Shown: in pieces, positions 10,131-20,179 of the stretch
Layout of the letters: the number at the start of each line of letters is the position of its first letter
Numbering within the stretch: the first letter of the stretch is position 1
DNA from: Bacillota bacterium
GTDB taxonomy: Bacteria; Bacillota; SHA-98; UBA4971
Assembly: GCA_050949175.1 (NCBI GenBank)
Contig: JBMNFG010000006.1
Span: 6,588 to 70,587 of the forward strand
DNA: 64,000 bases
Direction of reading: 5' to 3'
The notes under the pieces: model-generated
What the model was told of the DNA's origin: nothing
Databases searched by the model: none
What the model saw: only the letters and a program-made list of their open reading frames with translations
Made by a program: the position numbers and the translations under genes

Positions 10131-10937
10131 CTAGCTCACCTTCTTTCCTGTCTCGGTCAATATCATAGTGAGCCCCATTGCAATAACGAGGAAGACAGCA
10201 ATTGTCGATCCCATGCCCCAGTCCTGTGTGACCAGGAAGTGCTGCTCAATGGCGGTTCCCAAAGTGATCACGCGGTTTCCTGCAATAAGGCGCGTAATCA
10301 TGAATAGGGACAGAGCAGGGATGAAGACTGCACGACAGCCTGCTTTCACTCCGCTGAGCGTCAATGGGAAGATAACCCGCCGGAACGTCACCCAGGGAGA
10401 AGCACCTAGATCCCTAGATGCAGCCACAAGTGACGGATTCAGCTCCTCCAATGCATTGAATATCGGGAGGATCATGTAAGGAATAAAGATGTACACAGCT
10501 ACAAATATGAAGCTGAAGTCTGTGAACAGAATCTGCCTGGCCCCAATCCCGATGGCCTCCAGAAAAGAGTTAATCGGACCGTGCAACGCCAAAATACCGA
10601 TAAAGGCATATACCTTGAGAAGGAGGTTGATCCATGACGGCAATATGATAAGCAAGAGCCAAAGCTGCTTATGCTTTGTATTTGTCAGCAAGTACGCTGT
10701 TGGATAAGCGATAAGCAGTGAAAACCCTGTGATCAAAAAGGCATACCAGAACGACCTAAGCGTCATGTCCAGGTAGATAGGACTTAAGAACCGCTTGTAA
10801 TTCTCGAAGCTCCATGCGCCATCGATGTTCAGCAAAGAGTAGTAGAAGATCAGCACGATGGGCGCAATGACAAACAAGACGATCCACAGCATGTATGGAA
10901 TTAGGTAAATGTTACGAGTCCTCGCTCTATACTGCAT
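10131..10937 (-). CDS. potB: Spermidine/putrescine ABC permease PotB. Likely start at the internal Met, overlapping the potA stop; the ORF track extends it to 11114.
   Basis: EAA motif [19 protein letters not shown]. The upstream 60 codons of the track ORF overlap potA and look non-coding. Confidence 0.8.
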   Translation of the reverse strand: MQYRARTRNIYLIPYMLWIVLFVIAPIVLIFYYSLLNIDGAWSFENYKRFLSPIYLDMTLRSFWYAFLITGFSLLIAYPTAYLLTNTKHKQLWLLLIILPSWINLLLKVYAFIGILALHGPINSFLEAIGIGARQILFTDFSFIFVAVYIFIPYMILPIFNALEELNPSLVAASRDLGASPWVTFRRVIFPLTLSGVKAGCRAVFIPALSLFMITRLIAGNRVITLGTAIEQHFLVTQDWGMGSTIAVFLVIAMGLTMILTETGKKVS

Positions 10938-12033
10938 GGCGCACCTCTTCATAGGATTCCAGTCGCTTGTCAAATTCATCTTCAGTCTCACCCAGGCGCA
11001 TGACGTGGATATCTTCAGGGTCGAAATCAAGGCCGATCTCTTCTCCAACCATAGCTCTTCTTGTGGAATGGACAAGCCATTCGTTGCCGTCCTCGTCATA
11101 GCAGCAGATTTCATAGTGCACTCCGCGGAACAGCTGGGAATCTACGCGAACCTGCAGTTTGCCTTGGTCTTTCTGTGTGATCCTCAAATCCTCAGGCCGT
11201 ATCACGATTTCAACAGGCTCGTTAGGATCGAACCCCTTGTCCACACATTCAAATCGCTTCCCGACAAACTCCACCAGATAGTCGCGGATCATTATTCCCG
11301 GGACGATATTGGACTCTCCGATGAAGTCAGCGACAAACCTGTTAATGGGCTCGTCATAGATGTCTTTCGGTGTTCCGCGTTGCTGGATTACCCCGTTGTT
11401 TAATACGAAGATCTCATCTGACATAGCGAGGGCTTCCTCCTGATCATGAGTTACGAATACGAAAGTAATCCCAAGGTCCTTTTGCAGCTCTCTTAATTCA
11501 TACTGCATCTCTGAGCGCAGTTTCAGGTCAAGGGCTGACAACGGTTCGTCAAGAAGCAGCACTTCCGGTTCGTTGACTATAGCTCGTGCAACTGCCACTC
11601 GTTGCTGCTGGCCGCCGGATAGCTCAGTGATCTCTCTCATCTCCATGCCTTCCAGGTTGACGAAGCGGAGAGCCTCTTTCACTCTTGCCTCTATTACATC
11701 AGGCTTCATTCTTTTGATCCTCAGTCCGAAAGCAACGTTCTCAAAGACGTTCAGATGAGGAAACAGTGCGTAATCCTGGAATATGGTATTCACTCGACGC
11801 TTGTCCGGAGGGACATTGGCTATTTCTTGCCCGTCGAAATAGATTTCTCCTGATGTAGGCTGGACAAATCCTGCGATTAACCGGAGAATAGTCGTCTTTC
11901 CGCATCCCGAAGGACCCAGTAGGGTGTAGAACTTTCCCCTCTCCAGTTCGAAGGTGATGTCTCGTAGTACAGGAGGATCGCTATTATATTGCTTTGTGAC
12001 GTTCTCAAACCGGATAATTATGTCTTCAGGCAT
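10927..12033 (-). CDS. potA: Spermidine/putrescine ABC ATPase PotA
   Basis: Walker [10 protein letters not shown]. Signature [14 protein letters not shown]. Walker [13 protein letters not shown]-terminal TOBE/MOP-like domain. Confidence 0.9.
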   Translation of the reverse strand: MPEDIIIRFENVTKQYNSDPPVLRDITFELERGKFYTLLGPSGCGKTTILRLIAGFVQPTSGEIYFDGQEIANVPPDKRRVNTIFQDYALFPHLNVFENVAFGLRIKRMKPDVIEARVKEALRFVNLEGMEMREITELSGGQQQRVAVARAIVNEPEVLLLDEPLSALDLKLRSEMQYELRELQKDLGITFVFVTHDQEEALAMSDEIFVLNNGVIQQRGTPKDIYDEPINRFVADFIGESNIVPGIMIRDYLVEFVGKRFECVDKGFDPNEPVEIVIRPEDLRITQKDQGKLQVRVDSQLFRGVHYEICCYDEDGNEWLVHSTRRAMVGEEIGLDFDPEDIHVMRLGETEDEFDKRLESYEEVRHAV

Positions 12034-12123
12034 TTCCGTCCCTCCTTATTTCAGTTCGCCGGCCTCTTTCCTCTTGGCAGAAGACATGGATCACATCTAA
12101 TAGGCATCGGCGCAAGTATTGCT

Positions 12124-12681
12124 TTACAAATATGAGTCCGTTACAACGAGAAGCAGTTCCGCCTGTTCATCAGAGTCGTTTGAGATCCGGTGTTCTTCTG
12201 ATGCCTGATAGTAGATGGTGTCTCCTGCTTTCGCGTGATAGACCCGTCCTCCGAGTGAGATCTTGACCCTGCCTTTTAGGATATAGGCAAAAGTATCAGA
12301 CAAAGAGGGTTCAAACTCTTTGAAACTCCCACCTTTTTCAAGGGTGAGGAGTATCGGCTCCATCTCGTTTTCATTGGATTCGGGAACAAGCCACTGGACA
12401 CGGTAGCCTCGTTCTTCGTCTATAAACTCAGTTCTGTCTTCTTCTCCGTACACAACCTTTTGCTCGAGTTCCACATCATCAAAAAACTCCCGAGGCGTAC
12501 AGCCGAGGACCTCAAGGATATCAAAGAACGTTTCCATCGATGGTGAACTCAGGTCTCGTTCGATTTGAGAGATGTAGCCTTTAGTCAGGTCTGTACGTTC
12601 CCCCAGTTCTTCCTGGGTTAGACCTTTCTTTAGCCGTAGATTCCTAATCCTTCGCCCGATCTTCATTTTCTCGTGCCTCAC
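12124..12681 (-). CDS. XRE-family HTH plus cupin transcriptional regulator (PuuR-like), co-directional with and upstream of potABCD
   Basis: N-terminal HTH_3 (IGRRIRNLRLKKGLTQEELGERTDLTKGYISQIER). C-terminal cupin beta-barrel. Confidence 0.85.
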   Translation of the reverse strand: MRHEKMKIGRRIRNLRLKKGLTQEELGERTDLTKGYISQIERDLSSPSMETFFDILEVLGCTPREFFDDVELEQKVVYGEEDRTEFIDEERGYRVQWLVPESNENEMEPILLTLEKGGSFKEFEPSLSDTFAYILKGRVKISLGGRVYHAKAGDTIYYQASEEHRISNDSDEQAELLLVVTDSYL

Positions 12682-12751
12682 AATCGCTTGTGTTAAGAGC
12701 CTGGCTACGGCCTTTTCGAATGAAACAAAGAGGACCGCGCCTCATAGACGA

Positions 12752-12816
12752 AAAAGTTTAAGCGTAGTAAACTTAAAGTTGATAAGTTCGATATAGTTAA
12801 ACTCAAAGTTTACTAA
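12752..12816. promoter_or_regulatory. AT-rich repeat cluster (TAAACTYAAAGTT-type half-sites in direct and inverted orientation) in the divergent regulator/aminotransferase intergenic region. Candidate operator array.
   Basis: Sequences aaagtttaagcg, gtaaacttaaagttgat and gttaaactcaaagtttact fall within 65 bp. AGTAAACTT and its reverse complement AAGTTTACT are about 30 bp apart. Confidence 0.3.
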
Positions 12817-13075
12817 TCATGCTAAAACATTATACAACATTCCAGAGAAACTGCAATACCGGTTTTAGCTTAATCTGAACAAAATTTCTTGTTTGCACTC
12901 TTTAGGGTAACGCCTGCTTAAAACAGCAATCGTAGGAACTGTGCCGAAAAATATCGACTAAAGTAGGATTAGAAGGCTGGGAGGGATCCGGTTACCTAAG
13001 AGAGAATTAACTAGGATCAAGGAACACAGGCAGTTACCGGTTTGCAAGTGTTCTACAGCAGGGAGGAGTAAGTTG

Positions 13076-14227
13076 ATGCAAGTGCACCTGTCCAGGCCTG
13101 ATATTACTGATAAAGAGATTCAGATCATAAACGAGGTTATTCGATCCCCCATTCTCGCGCTAGGGCCTAAGATGATAGAGTTTGAAAAGGCCATCGCGGA
13201 CTATATAGGTGTTAAGCATGCTATCTCAGTCAACAGCGGGACGAGCGGGCTTCATCTATTAATACGGGCGTATGGTATTAGCGATGGGGATGAAGTGATA
13301 ACGACTCCCTTCAGTTTTATCGCTTCAAGCAACTGTATACTGTACGAACGGGCAAAGCCGGTATTTGTCGATATTGAACCGGGTACTGCAAATATCGATC
13401 CTGATCTGATAGAGGATGCGATTACTCCGAAAACGAAAGCCATCCTTCCTGTAGACGCTTTTGGGCAGCCTGCAAGGCTTGATGTTATAAGAGAGATCGC
13501 TATGCGCCATGGACTTGTGGTGATTGAAGATTCATGTGAATCCATCGGATCTGAATATAAGGGGGTTAAAGCCGGGAGCCCGCAATATGCCGATGCAGCG
13601 GTGTTTGCATTCTATCCCAATAAGCAGATAACAACAGGGGAAGGCGGGATGGTCGTCACAGATGATGATGAAATCGCTTTCTTGTGTAAAAGCATGCGGA
13701 ACCAGGGTAGGGGGGAACAGGGAGTATGGCTGTCCCATGAACGCCTGGGGTATAACTACCGCATGGACGAGCTTTCTGCTGCTCTTGGAGTAGTGCAAAT
13801 GTCCCGGATAGAGGAGATCATTATAAAGCGGCAACGGGTGGCTGAAATGTACAACAAGCGCTTGTCAGAGATACCCGGGGTCACGCTGCCGAACATAGCC
13901 CCTGAGGTCACAAAGATGAGCTGGTTTGTATATGTGATCCGTGTGGGTGTAGATGAGCCTACTTGGGAACGCCAGTCCAAGGTACGTGACCATGTTATGA
14001 AACGGTTTGAAGAGGCGGGAATCGGATGCCGCCCGTACTTTACTCCTATCCATCTACAGCCTTTCTACAGGAATGAGTTGGGTCTTAGAGAAGGGATGTT
14101 TCCTGTTACAGAGCATGCCGGTAGGACCAGCATTGCGATTCCATTCCATAACCATATCACAGAAGAAGAAGTCGAGTACGTGGCACGAGTTCTCGAGAAA
14201 GCGCTGGATGAGGCATTAAACAGCTAA
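13076..14227 (+). CDS. DegT/DnrJ/EryC1/StrS-family PLP-dependent sugar aminotransferase
   Basis: Family-typical blocks DEVITTPFSFIASSN, AILPVDAFGQPARLD and LVVIEDSCESIGSEYKG. GGGAGGAG RBS. The ATG at 13076 is preferred over the TTG at 13073. Confidence 0.85.
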   Translation: MQVHLSRPDITDKEIQIINEVIRSPILALGPKMIEFEKAIADYIGVKHAISVNSGTSGLHLLIRAYGISDGDEVITTPFSFIASSNCILYERAKPVFVDIEPGTANIDPDLIEDAITPKTKAILPVDAFGQPARLDVIREIAMRHGLVVIEDSCESIGSEYKGVKAGSPQYADAAVFAFYPNKQITTGEGGMVVTDDDEIAFLCKSMRNQGRGEQGVWLSHERLGYNYRMDELSAALGVVQMSRIEEIIIKRQRVAEMYNKRLSEIPGVTLPNIAPEVTKMSWFVYVIRVGVDEPTWERQSKVRDHVMKRFEEAGIGCRPYFTPIHLQPFYRNELGLREGMFPVTEHAGRTSIAIPFHNHITEEEVEYVARVLEKALDEALNS

Positions 14228-14302
14228 GAAGGTCGCCGGACAAGACTTTAAGAGTTGAGAGTTAAGAGTTGACAGTGCCATAAGGTTTGGACTGAGTAAA
14301 AG

Positions 14303-14339
14303 GAGTCCGCAGCTCCCGTAAATCGGGTGCTGCGGACTC
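14303..14339. terminator. Bidirectional intrinsic terminator hairpin (11-bp perfect stem GAGTCCGCAGC/GCTGCGGACTC)
   Basis: The stem-loop lies between convergent genes and is followed by a T-rich tract. Confidence 0.6.
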
Positions 14340-14382
14340 TGTTCTCTTCAGAATCCTATACTCAAAGAGAGTCTCGGAAGTA

Positions 14383-14994
14383 TCATCTACTCACCACAAG
14401 CCGCCCGACCTCTGACTTCTCATTGCCTGCCACTACGAAGTAGAGGTAGAGCCCATTTGCGACAGGCTTTCCACCTGATTCGAGGTTCCATTCGTACATG
14501 TGTGTTATTGCGGAGATCTCAGCTGAATGCACCGGCCTTCCTACGATGTCGTAAACGTACAGCGTTCCGTCGGTTGCAATATCGTAGTAGAAGGTAACTG
14601 AATCAGAAGCCGGATTCGGAGCTGCCACAACAGTGTGAGCCAGTACAATCACCGTGAATACGTCACTTGTTGCTTCTCCGCGAGCACCGTCCGGGTCAAC
14701 TGCAGTGATCCTGAGTACGTATTTGCCTCCACGCTCAAGCTTGGAGGTATCCCACAGGAACTCGCCGGTGTTGTCAAGGTCTTTGGCGATTATCTGCCAA
14801 TCCTCCCTTCCTACCAGCCTATACTCAAGTGTAATCTTGAGTTCACTCGCATCATTGTCAGGATCTACAGCTTGCCATTGGACAGTTGCTATTCCTGCTA
14901 GGATCTCATCTTTTTCCGGCCTTATAATCTCAACTTCGGGAGTTGAGTCCGTATAATGGTGTAAAAATGGTTTTCTGAAAAAATAGGAGAGCCA
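14383..14994 (-). pseudogene. 3' fragment (about 204 codons) of a gene for a secreted protein with an Ig/PKD-like domain and a T9SS/FlgD-Ig-like C-terminal sorting domain. Its 5' end is cut off by the IS256-family element.
   Basis: The minus-strand frame is open from 14994 down to the stop at 14383, with no ATG/GTG/TTG start and no signal peptide. The track ORF begins only at an internal GTG. The upstream in-frame TAA (14995-14997) sits exactly at the IS inverted repeat. The C-terminus ...LYVYDIVGRPVHSAEI...WNLESGGKPVANGLYLYFVVAGNEKSEVGRLVVSR fits the beta-sandwich CTD pattern. Confidence 0.55.
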
Positions 14995-14997
14995 TTA

Positions 14998-16312
14998 ACA
15001 AATTCCTCAGTTAGAATAGAAGTTGGACAAACCAGAATTCTAAGAGGAGGAATTTGAATGGCTCAATACCAGATTACCGTAGATCAAGAACTTTTGCACC
15101 GTCTATTTTTAGGAAATAACAAGGATGCCGGCGTGTCAGCGCTATTGGAATCGGTATTGAACCAGATTTTGCAGGCGCAAGCCACCGAACAGCTTCAAGC
15201 CGAACCATACGAACGCACTGATAAAAGGAAGGGGTACCGTAACGGCACACGCCCGCATACACTAACCACCCGGGTGGGAACCATAGCCTTACATGTTCCG
15301 CGTTTTCGTAACGGTCAGTTTTCCACCGAGATGTTTGCCCGCTACCAGCGGAGCGAACAGGCCTTGATACTGGCCCTGATGGAAATGGTAATCAACGGGG
15401 TCTCTACCCGCAAGGTCAGTCAGATAACGGAAGAGCTGTGTGGTACCGAATTTTCCAAATCCACTGTTTCAGAGTTGTGCAAGAAACTGGACCCCATTGT
15501 GAACGCTTGGAATAACCGGGACTTGCGGGAAAAATGCTATCCTTTTGTCTTGGTGGACGCTTTCGTACTGAAGATTCGTGAAGACGGTCGCGTCCGTTCC
15601 CGGAGCGCTATGATCGCTATCGGCATAAATACCGAAGGCTACCGGGAAGTTTTAGGTCTCATGCTGGGCGACAGTGAATCTGAAGCCAGTTGGAGCCAGT
15701 TTTTTTCCTGGCTTAAAAGCCGTAACCTGCGTGGTGTCGAACTGGTAGTATCAGATGACCATGGCGGCCTGGTCAAGGCGGTTCGCCGCTACTTCCAGGG
15801 TGTTACCTGGCATCGCTGCCAAACCCACTTTATGCGTAATATCATGGACGCTACGCCTAAGTCGGCAAAAGAAGAGCTTTATCCGCATCTGCGAGCGATT
15901 CTGGATGCGCCTGATATCGGTACTGCCCGGTTGTTATTGAATCAAACCTTGGAGACATTTGAGAAAAAAGCACCCAAGGCCATGCAAATACTTGAAATGG
16001 GCTTTGATGATGCTACCGCGGTCCTTATGCTGCCGGAAAAATATCGCCGGCGTCTGCGTACTACAAACGCTGTCGAGCGTCTTATCGAAGAGATTAGGCG
16101 CAGGGAACGAGTTATCCGTATTTTCCCGAACCGGGAATCGGCAATTCGCCTAATTGGAGCCTTACTTATGGAAATTGACGACAAGTGGATAAGCGGCAAA
16201 AAATACCTGGATATGAGTGAATACCTTCAGTGGCAAGAAGAGCAAAAACAAACCAATGATCAAAGCAATATTGCGTATATCAGATAAGCTTATTGATAAC
16301 TGAGGAATTTAC
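14998..16312 (+). mobile_element. IS256-family insertion sequence (about 1.3 kb) with imperfect terminal inverted repeats
   Basis: Left end AAATTCCTCAGTTA (15000-15013). Right end TAACTGAGGAATTT (16297-16310), a 14-bp perfect IR core with partial extension. A single transposase gene lies inside. No clean target-site duplication was found. Confidence 0.75.
15058..16287 (+). CDS. IS256-family (mutator-type, Pfam Transposase_mut) transposase
   Basis: The 409-aa length, overall similarity pattern and DDE region (VLVDAFVLKIREDGRVRSRSAMIAIGINTEGYREVLG ... VSDDHGGL ... TNAVERL) are typical of IS256 transposases. GAGGAGG RBS. Confidence 0.9.
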   Translation: MAQYQITVDQELLHRLFLGNNKDAGVSALLESVLNQILQAQATEQLQAEPYERTDKRKGYRNGTRPHTLTTRVGTIALHVPRFRNGQFSTEMFARYQRSEQALILALMEMVINGVSTRKVSQITEELCGTEFSKSTVSELCKKLDPIVNAWNNRDLREKCYPFVLVDAFVLKIREDGRVRSRSAMIAIGINTEGYREVLGLMLGDSESEASWSQFFSWLKSRNLRGVELVVSDDHGGLVKAVRRYFQGVTWHRCQTHFMRNIMDATPKSAKEELYPHLRAILDAPDIGTARLLLNQTLETFEKKAPKAMQILEMGFDDATAVLMLPEKYRRRLRTTNAVERLIEEIRRRERVIRIFPNRESAIRLIGALLMEIDDKWISGKKYLDMSEYLQWQEEQKQTNDQSNIAYIR

Positions 16313-16497
16313 ACACTAATCTGGACTTGATCGGTCATGACAATTTAAAGATACTATGGAGAATAATATTCAGATTCTTCGCAAATTGAATAAATCCTTC
16401 CGAATATATGGAATTGTTGAAAACATATGACTCGAAGGTGTGGATGTTTAAGTTGATTGGTTCTTAAAGGAGTGAGACGGAGATTTCGCTATTTTCC

Positions 16498-17046
16498 TTA
16501 CCGGAGCGTGTTCCTGATTCGCACTGCAATCACACTCGCCGTAAGGACCTTCACGATATCTCCGGCAATGAACGGGAGTACTCCCACTGCGAAAGCTGTC
16601 TGTAAAGGAAGGCGTGTGACTATCGCCAACTGTACTAAACCTGTGGCATAGACGGTGATGACTCCGCCGATGAACGATGCGAAAGCCAGTGTAAGCCATG
16701 TAACGAGGTTTTTAGGCTTCTTTACTCTTTGAACAACGATTGCAGTGACGTAGGCACCGACAATGAAACCCCACAGGTATCCTCCTCGCGGCCCGATCAG
16801 CACCCCGATGCCGGATGACCCTCCTGCGAATACCGGAAGGCCTAAGGCCCCGAGGAGAAGATACAGCCCTTGGCTTAGCGCGGCCAGATTTGGCTTGAGG
16901 ACCAGCCCTGCAAGCATTACTCCGAAAGTCTGAGCTGATACAGCCACAGGACTGATAGGGATATGCAAGAAGACGTACGCGAGTACGCACATGAGAGAGG
17001 TGAACATAGCAACGCGTGTCAAGTCTCGTATTGTAGCCGACTTCAT
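16498..17046 (-). CDS. bioY: Biotin transporter BioY (ECF-type S component)
   Basis: 182 aa, 5-6 TM segments. BioY signature region GLPVFAGGSSGIGVLIGPRGGYLWGF. Confidence 0.85.
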   Translation of the reverse strand: MKSATIRDLTRVAMFTSLMCVLAYVFLHIPISPVAVSAQTFGVMLAGLVLKPNLAALSQGLYLLLGALGLPVFAGGSSGIGVLIGPRGGYLWGFIVGAYVTAIVVQRVKKPKNLVTWLTLAFASFIGGVITVYATGLVQLAIVTRLPLQTAFAVGVLPFIAGDIVKVLTASVIAVRIRNTLR

Positions 17047-17086
17047 ACTGCATTACCTGCTTTCTGGTTGCTGCGCTGTTCTAATT

Positions 17087-17101
17087 GATTTCAACTCACT
17101 T
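17087..17101. promoter_or_regulatory. Near-palindromic AACGTTTTAAACGTT in the bioY upstream region. Candidate operator.
   Basis: The imperfect 15-bp palindrome lies 40-55 bp upstream of the bioY start on the minus strand. It does not match the canonical BirA box TGTAAACC. Confidence 0.25.
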
Positions 17102-17303
17102 CCCTTGTATACCTGCTTGCCGCTTGCAACGTTTTAAACGTTTTATCTAATAGGCTCTGAGGCTCCCGTGCCGGCTCTATCTTAGGGGCGAATTGATCCC
17201 GGTGTCATCTTAGGATAGTATTGAACTGTATATCGCAGGGATAAGGCTTGCGGCGCGGTGCGAAAATGTGTGGAGGCCTAAAGTGATCCGTCTTGTATGA
17301 TAA

Positions 17304-17942
17304 ATGGCAGGAAGTAAGCAGGTGGGCGTATTGACAAAGTTTTTTGCCGTTGCTAAGAGAAGTCGCTACGAGCAGAAAATCCAAAGGTCTGTATTCATAG
17401 GCCATGTTTCGCCTGCAGAGAATGAGGAGGCAGCGAAGGAGTTTATTGCTGAGATCAGGGAAGAGCATGCCCAAGCCACTCACAACTGCTATGCTTACCG
17501 GGTCGGGCTTTCTGAAAACCCTCTGACTTACTATAATGACCACGGAGAACCGTCAGGAAGCGCAGGCCGTCCCATCCTGAACGCGCTTCTGAAAGCAGAT
17601 GTCACCAATACCGTAGTTGTGGTGACTCGGTACTACGGCGGCAAAAAGCTCGGGGTGAGGGGCCTGATCGATGCCTACCACAGTACAGCCCTGGGCGCAT
17701 TGGAGGAAGCCGGAAGGATTGAAATCATACCTCGCATCCCTCTGGCTGTTATCTGCCAATACTCAGAGCTTGACCAGGTTAACTATCTGCTCAGTCAGTA
17801 TGATACAGTAATCAAGAATACTGAGTACAAAGGCAACGTCCGGCATGAACTCATGGTTCCTGAAGTGGATTACGATGCTATTGTCTCCCAACTCTCCGCT
17901 ATGCCCAGAGTCGAGGTTATATCGGAACGCTATATGAAATAA
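17304..17942 (+). CDS. yigZ: YigZ/IMPACT-family protein (UPF0029)
   Basis: Conserved N-terminal IMPACT block HNCYAYRVG...NDHGEPSGSAGRPILN. A C-terminal DUF1949-like domain follows. Confidence 0.8.
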   Translation: MAGSKQVGVLTKFFAVAKRSRYEQKIQRSVFIGHVSPAENEEAAKEFIAEIREEHAQATHNCYAYRVGLSENPLTYYNDHGEPSGSAGRPILNALLKADVTNTVVVVTRYYGGKKLGVRGLIDAYHSTALGALEEAGRIEIIPRIPLAVICQYSELDQVNYLLSQYDTVIKNTEYKGNVRHELMVPEVDYDAIVSQLSAMPRVEVISERYMK

Positions 17943-18006
17943 GCAAACCGGTCCAAGCTTTATCCGGAATACTGCACAGTATGGATATGCATTAGGGAAA
18001 GAAAAG

Positions 18007-18047
18007 GGGAGGGCACTGAGAGTTGAGAGGAGTTTCAGTGCCCTCCC
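18007..18047. terminator. Bidirectional intrinsic terminator (13-bp stem GGGAGGGCACTGA/TCAGTGCCCTCCC) between convergent yigZ and the flavin oxidoreductase gene
   Basis: Perfect GC-rich stem. T-rich tracts flank it on both strands. Confidence 0.65.
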
Positions 18048-18075
18048 GGTTGTCGGTCAATCGGTTTTATTCGGT

Positions 18076-20013
18076 TTATATCTCATGTGCAACTCTTGTT
18101 GCTTCTAAGACTGCATGTGTGATGCGGCGCGGTTCTACTGCGTCTCCGATGACATAGTAGTTTATTCCTGAGCCTTCCAGCTGATTTGTAAGAGAGCCGT
18201 CAGGAGCTGCGCCTACTGCTATCACAACGGAGTCGAATTCTCCCAGAGCCTCTGTCTTGCCGTCCTTTTCGTAACTGATGTCGCGCTCGCCGATACCGGT
18301 AAGCTTTGCACCGGTAATGACCTTCACGTTGTTCTTCTCTAACCGTGCAAAGAGTATGGGCCCTACAACCGGTCCGATGTCTGTGCCAATCTGAGGAAGC
18401 ATCTCAATGATGGTGACTTCATGGCCTTTCTCGGCTAGGAAGTCTGCGACCTCACATCCTACAAGCCCGCCTCCGATGACTGCGACTTTCTTGCCTGTCT
18501 GCACATTTCCGGCAAGGACATCCCATGCATTCACCACGTGGTCACGGTCTACGCCGGAGACTTCGATTGTCTGAGGCCGTGCACCTGTGGCCACTACAAC
18601 GACATCAGGGTTTTCTCTACGGATAGCATCAACAGTAGCCTCCTTGTTAAGATGCACTTCGACACCGAGTCTTTCCAGTTCTTTCACGAGGAAATCGGCG
18701 AAGGTGCCGAATTCATCTTTTTCAGGAGGTGCAACGACAAGAGGGAGCTGGCCTCCTAGCTCGGACGCTTTTTCCCAAAGTGTGACCTTGTGTCCTCTAA
18801 TCGTCGCTACCCGGGCAGCCTCCATTCCAGCAGGCCCTCCTCCCACCACAAGCACTTTGCGTGGGGTTTCAGCTTTCGTCATCGGGAACTCGCATTCACG
18901 GCCTGTACGGGCGTTAACTGTGCAACCTACTTGCTGATTTGCCAAGAGCTCGTCAACACATGCCTGCAGACATGCAATGCATTTTCGAACTTCCCCGGCT
19001 CTTCCTTCTGTTACTTTGTTCGGCAGTTCTTCATCAGCAAGAAGCCCACGTCCGAAGGCTACAAGATCAGCTTTACCTTCAGCCAGAATGCACTCTGCCA
19101 GTTCCGGATCGTTAATTCTTCCTACAGCAATCACAGGGACGCTCACAACTCTCTTCACGGCTTCGGCCAGGTCCACAAGGCATCCTCTTTGCACAACATA
19201 CGGTTGGATTATCCAGCTCATTGTCTCGTATAGGCCTGCAGACACGTGGATTGCATTTACGCCTTCTTCTTCAAACCGCTTTGCTATGGCTTTACCGTCT
19301 TCCAGAGTAATTCCATCAGGCAGTTTTTCATCTGCACTTATTCTTGCTATGATGGGGAAGTCAGGCCCTACGGCTTCTCGCACTGAGCGGATTACCTCGA
19401 TAGGGAACCGCATTCTATTCTCAAGCGAGCCGCCGTACTCATCGGTCCTTTTATTCGTGTGCGGAGACAAGAACTGGCATAGGAGGTACCCGTGTGCGAA
19501 GTGGATTTCAACTGCGTCAAATCCTGCAGCCTTAGCACGTGCTGCTGCTTTACCATAATCAACTGCAAGCCCTTTAATCTCTTCCTTCGTCAGCTCTCTC
19601 GGCAACTCACCTGTAACCGGATCAGTAATAGGTGAAGGTGCGACAGGTTGATAGCCGGAAACCTGAGATGTAGTCTGTCTGCCTGCGTGGTAAAGCTGTA
19701 CTGAAATCTTTGCCCCATGGGCGTGTACCTCATCAGCAAGGCTTCTTAAACCCGGAATGAACCTATCTGAGTGGATATCCAGTCCGTTTGCGAAGCCTTT
19801 TCCCAAAGGATGCACGTTCGCTGCTTCAACAATGATAAGTCCTATTCCACCCTTTGCCCTTGCCCCGTAATAAGCGCGAGTTTTGCTGCTTACGGAGCCG
19901 TCATCATGTGCCAGGTTCGTTACCATCGGCGGCATTACCATACGGTTTCGAAGCTCCATATTACCGATTTTGATAGGGCTTTTGAGAAGCTTGAACTCTG
20001 CCATTGGATTCAC
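18076..20013 (-). CDS. NADH:flavin oxidoreductase, Old Yellow Enzyme TIM-barrel fused to an FAD/NAD(P)-binding domain (2,4-dienoyl-CoA-reductase/NADH-oxidase-like)
   Basis: The N-terminal OYE block (...[14 protein letters not shown]...[33 protein letters not shown]...) carries the 4Fe-4S cysteine cluster (CxxC..C...C). A C-terminal GxGxxG dinucleotide-binding domain ([14 protein letters not shown]) follows. Total length 645 aa. Confidence 0.85.
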   Translation of the reverse strand: [645 protein letters not shown]

Positions 20014-20179
20014 CCTTTCTTATAGTGTTTCTAATGTGTTCCTCGAGGCATAGTGTCCGCATAAATGGAAGCCGGTATGCTTAACCCTTCGTTTACCGCA
20101 CGGTTGAGACTACGGTCCTTCTACATTCATTAACGGATTCTTTGGTTTTGGGTTCCAATATTTCCAATGGCCGCCGAAA

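Noticed and set aside
14635-14956. Two plus-strand ORFs (88 and 100 aa)
   Set aside because: They are antisense to the open minus-strand frame of the truncated CTD-protein gene, with Ser/Leu-rich low-complexity translations.
16448-17053. 83-aa and 113-aa minus-strand ORFs overlapping bioY in other frames
   Set aside because: They are alternative-frame shadows of the bioY coding region. The bioY frame has the family motifs.
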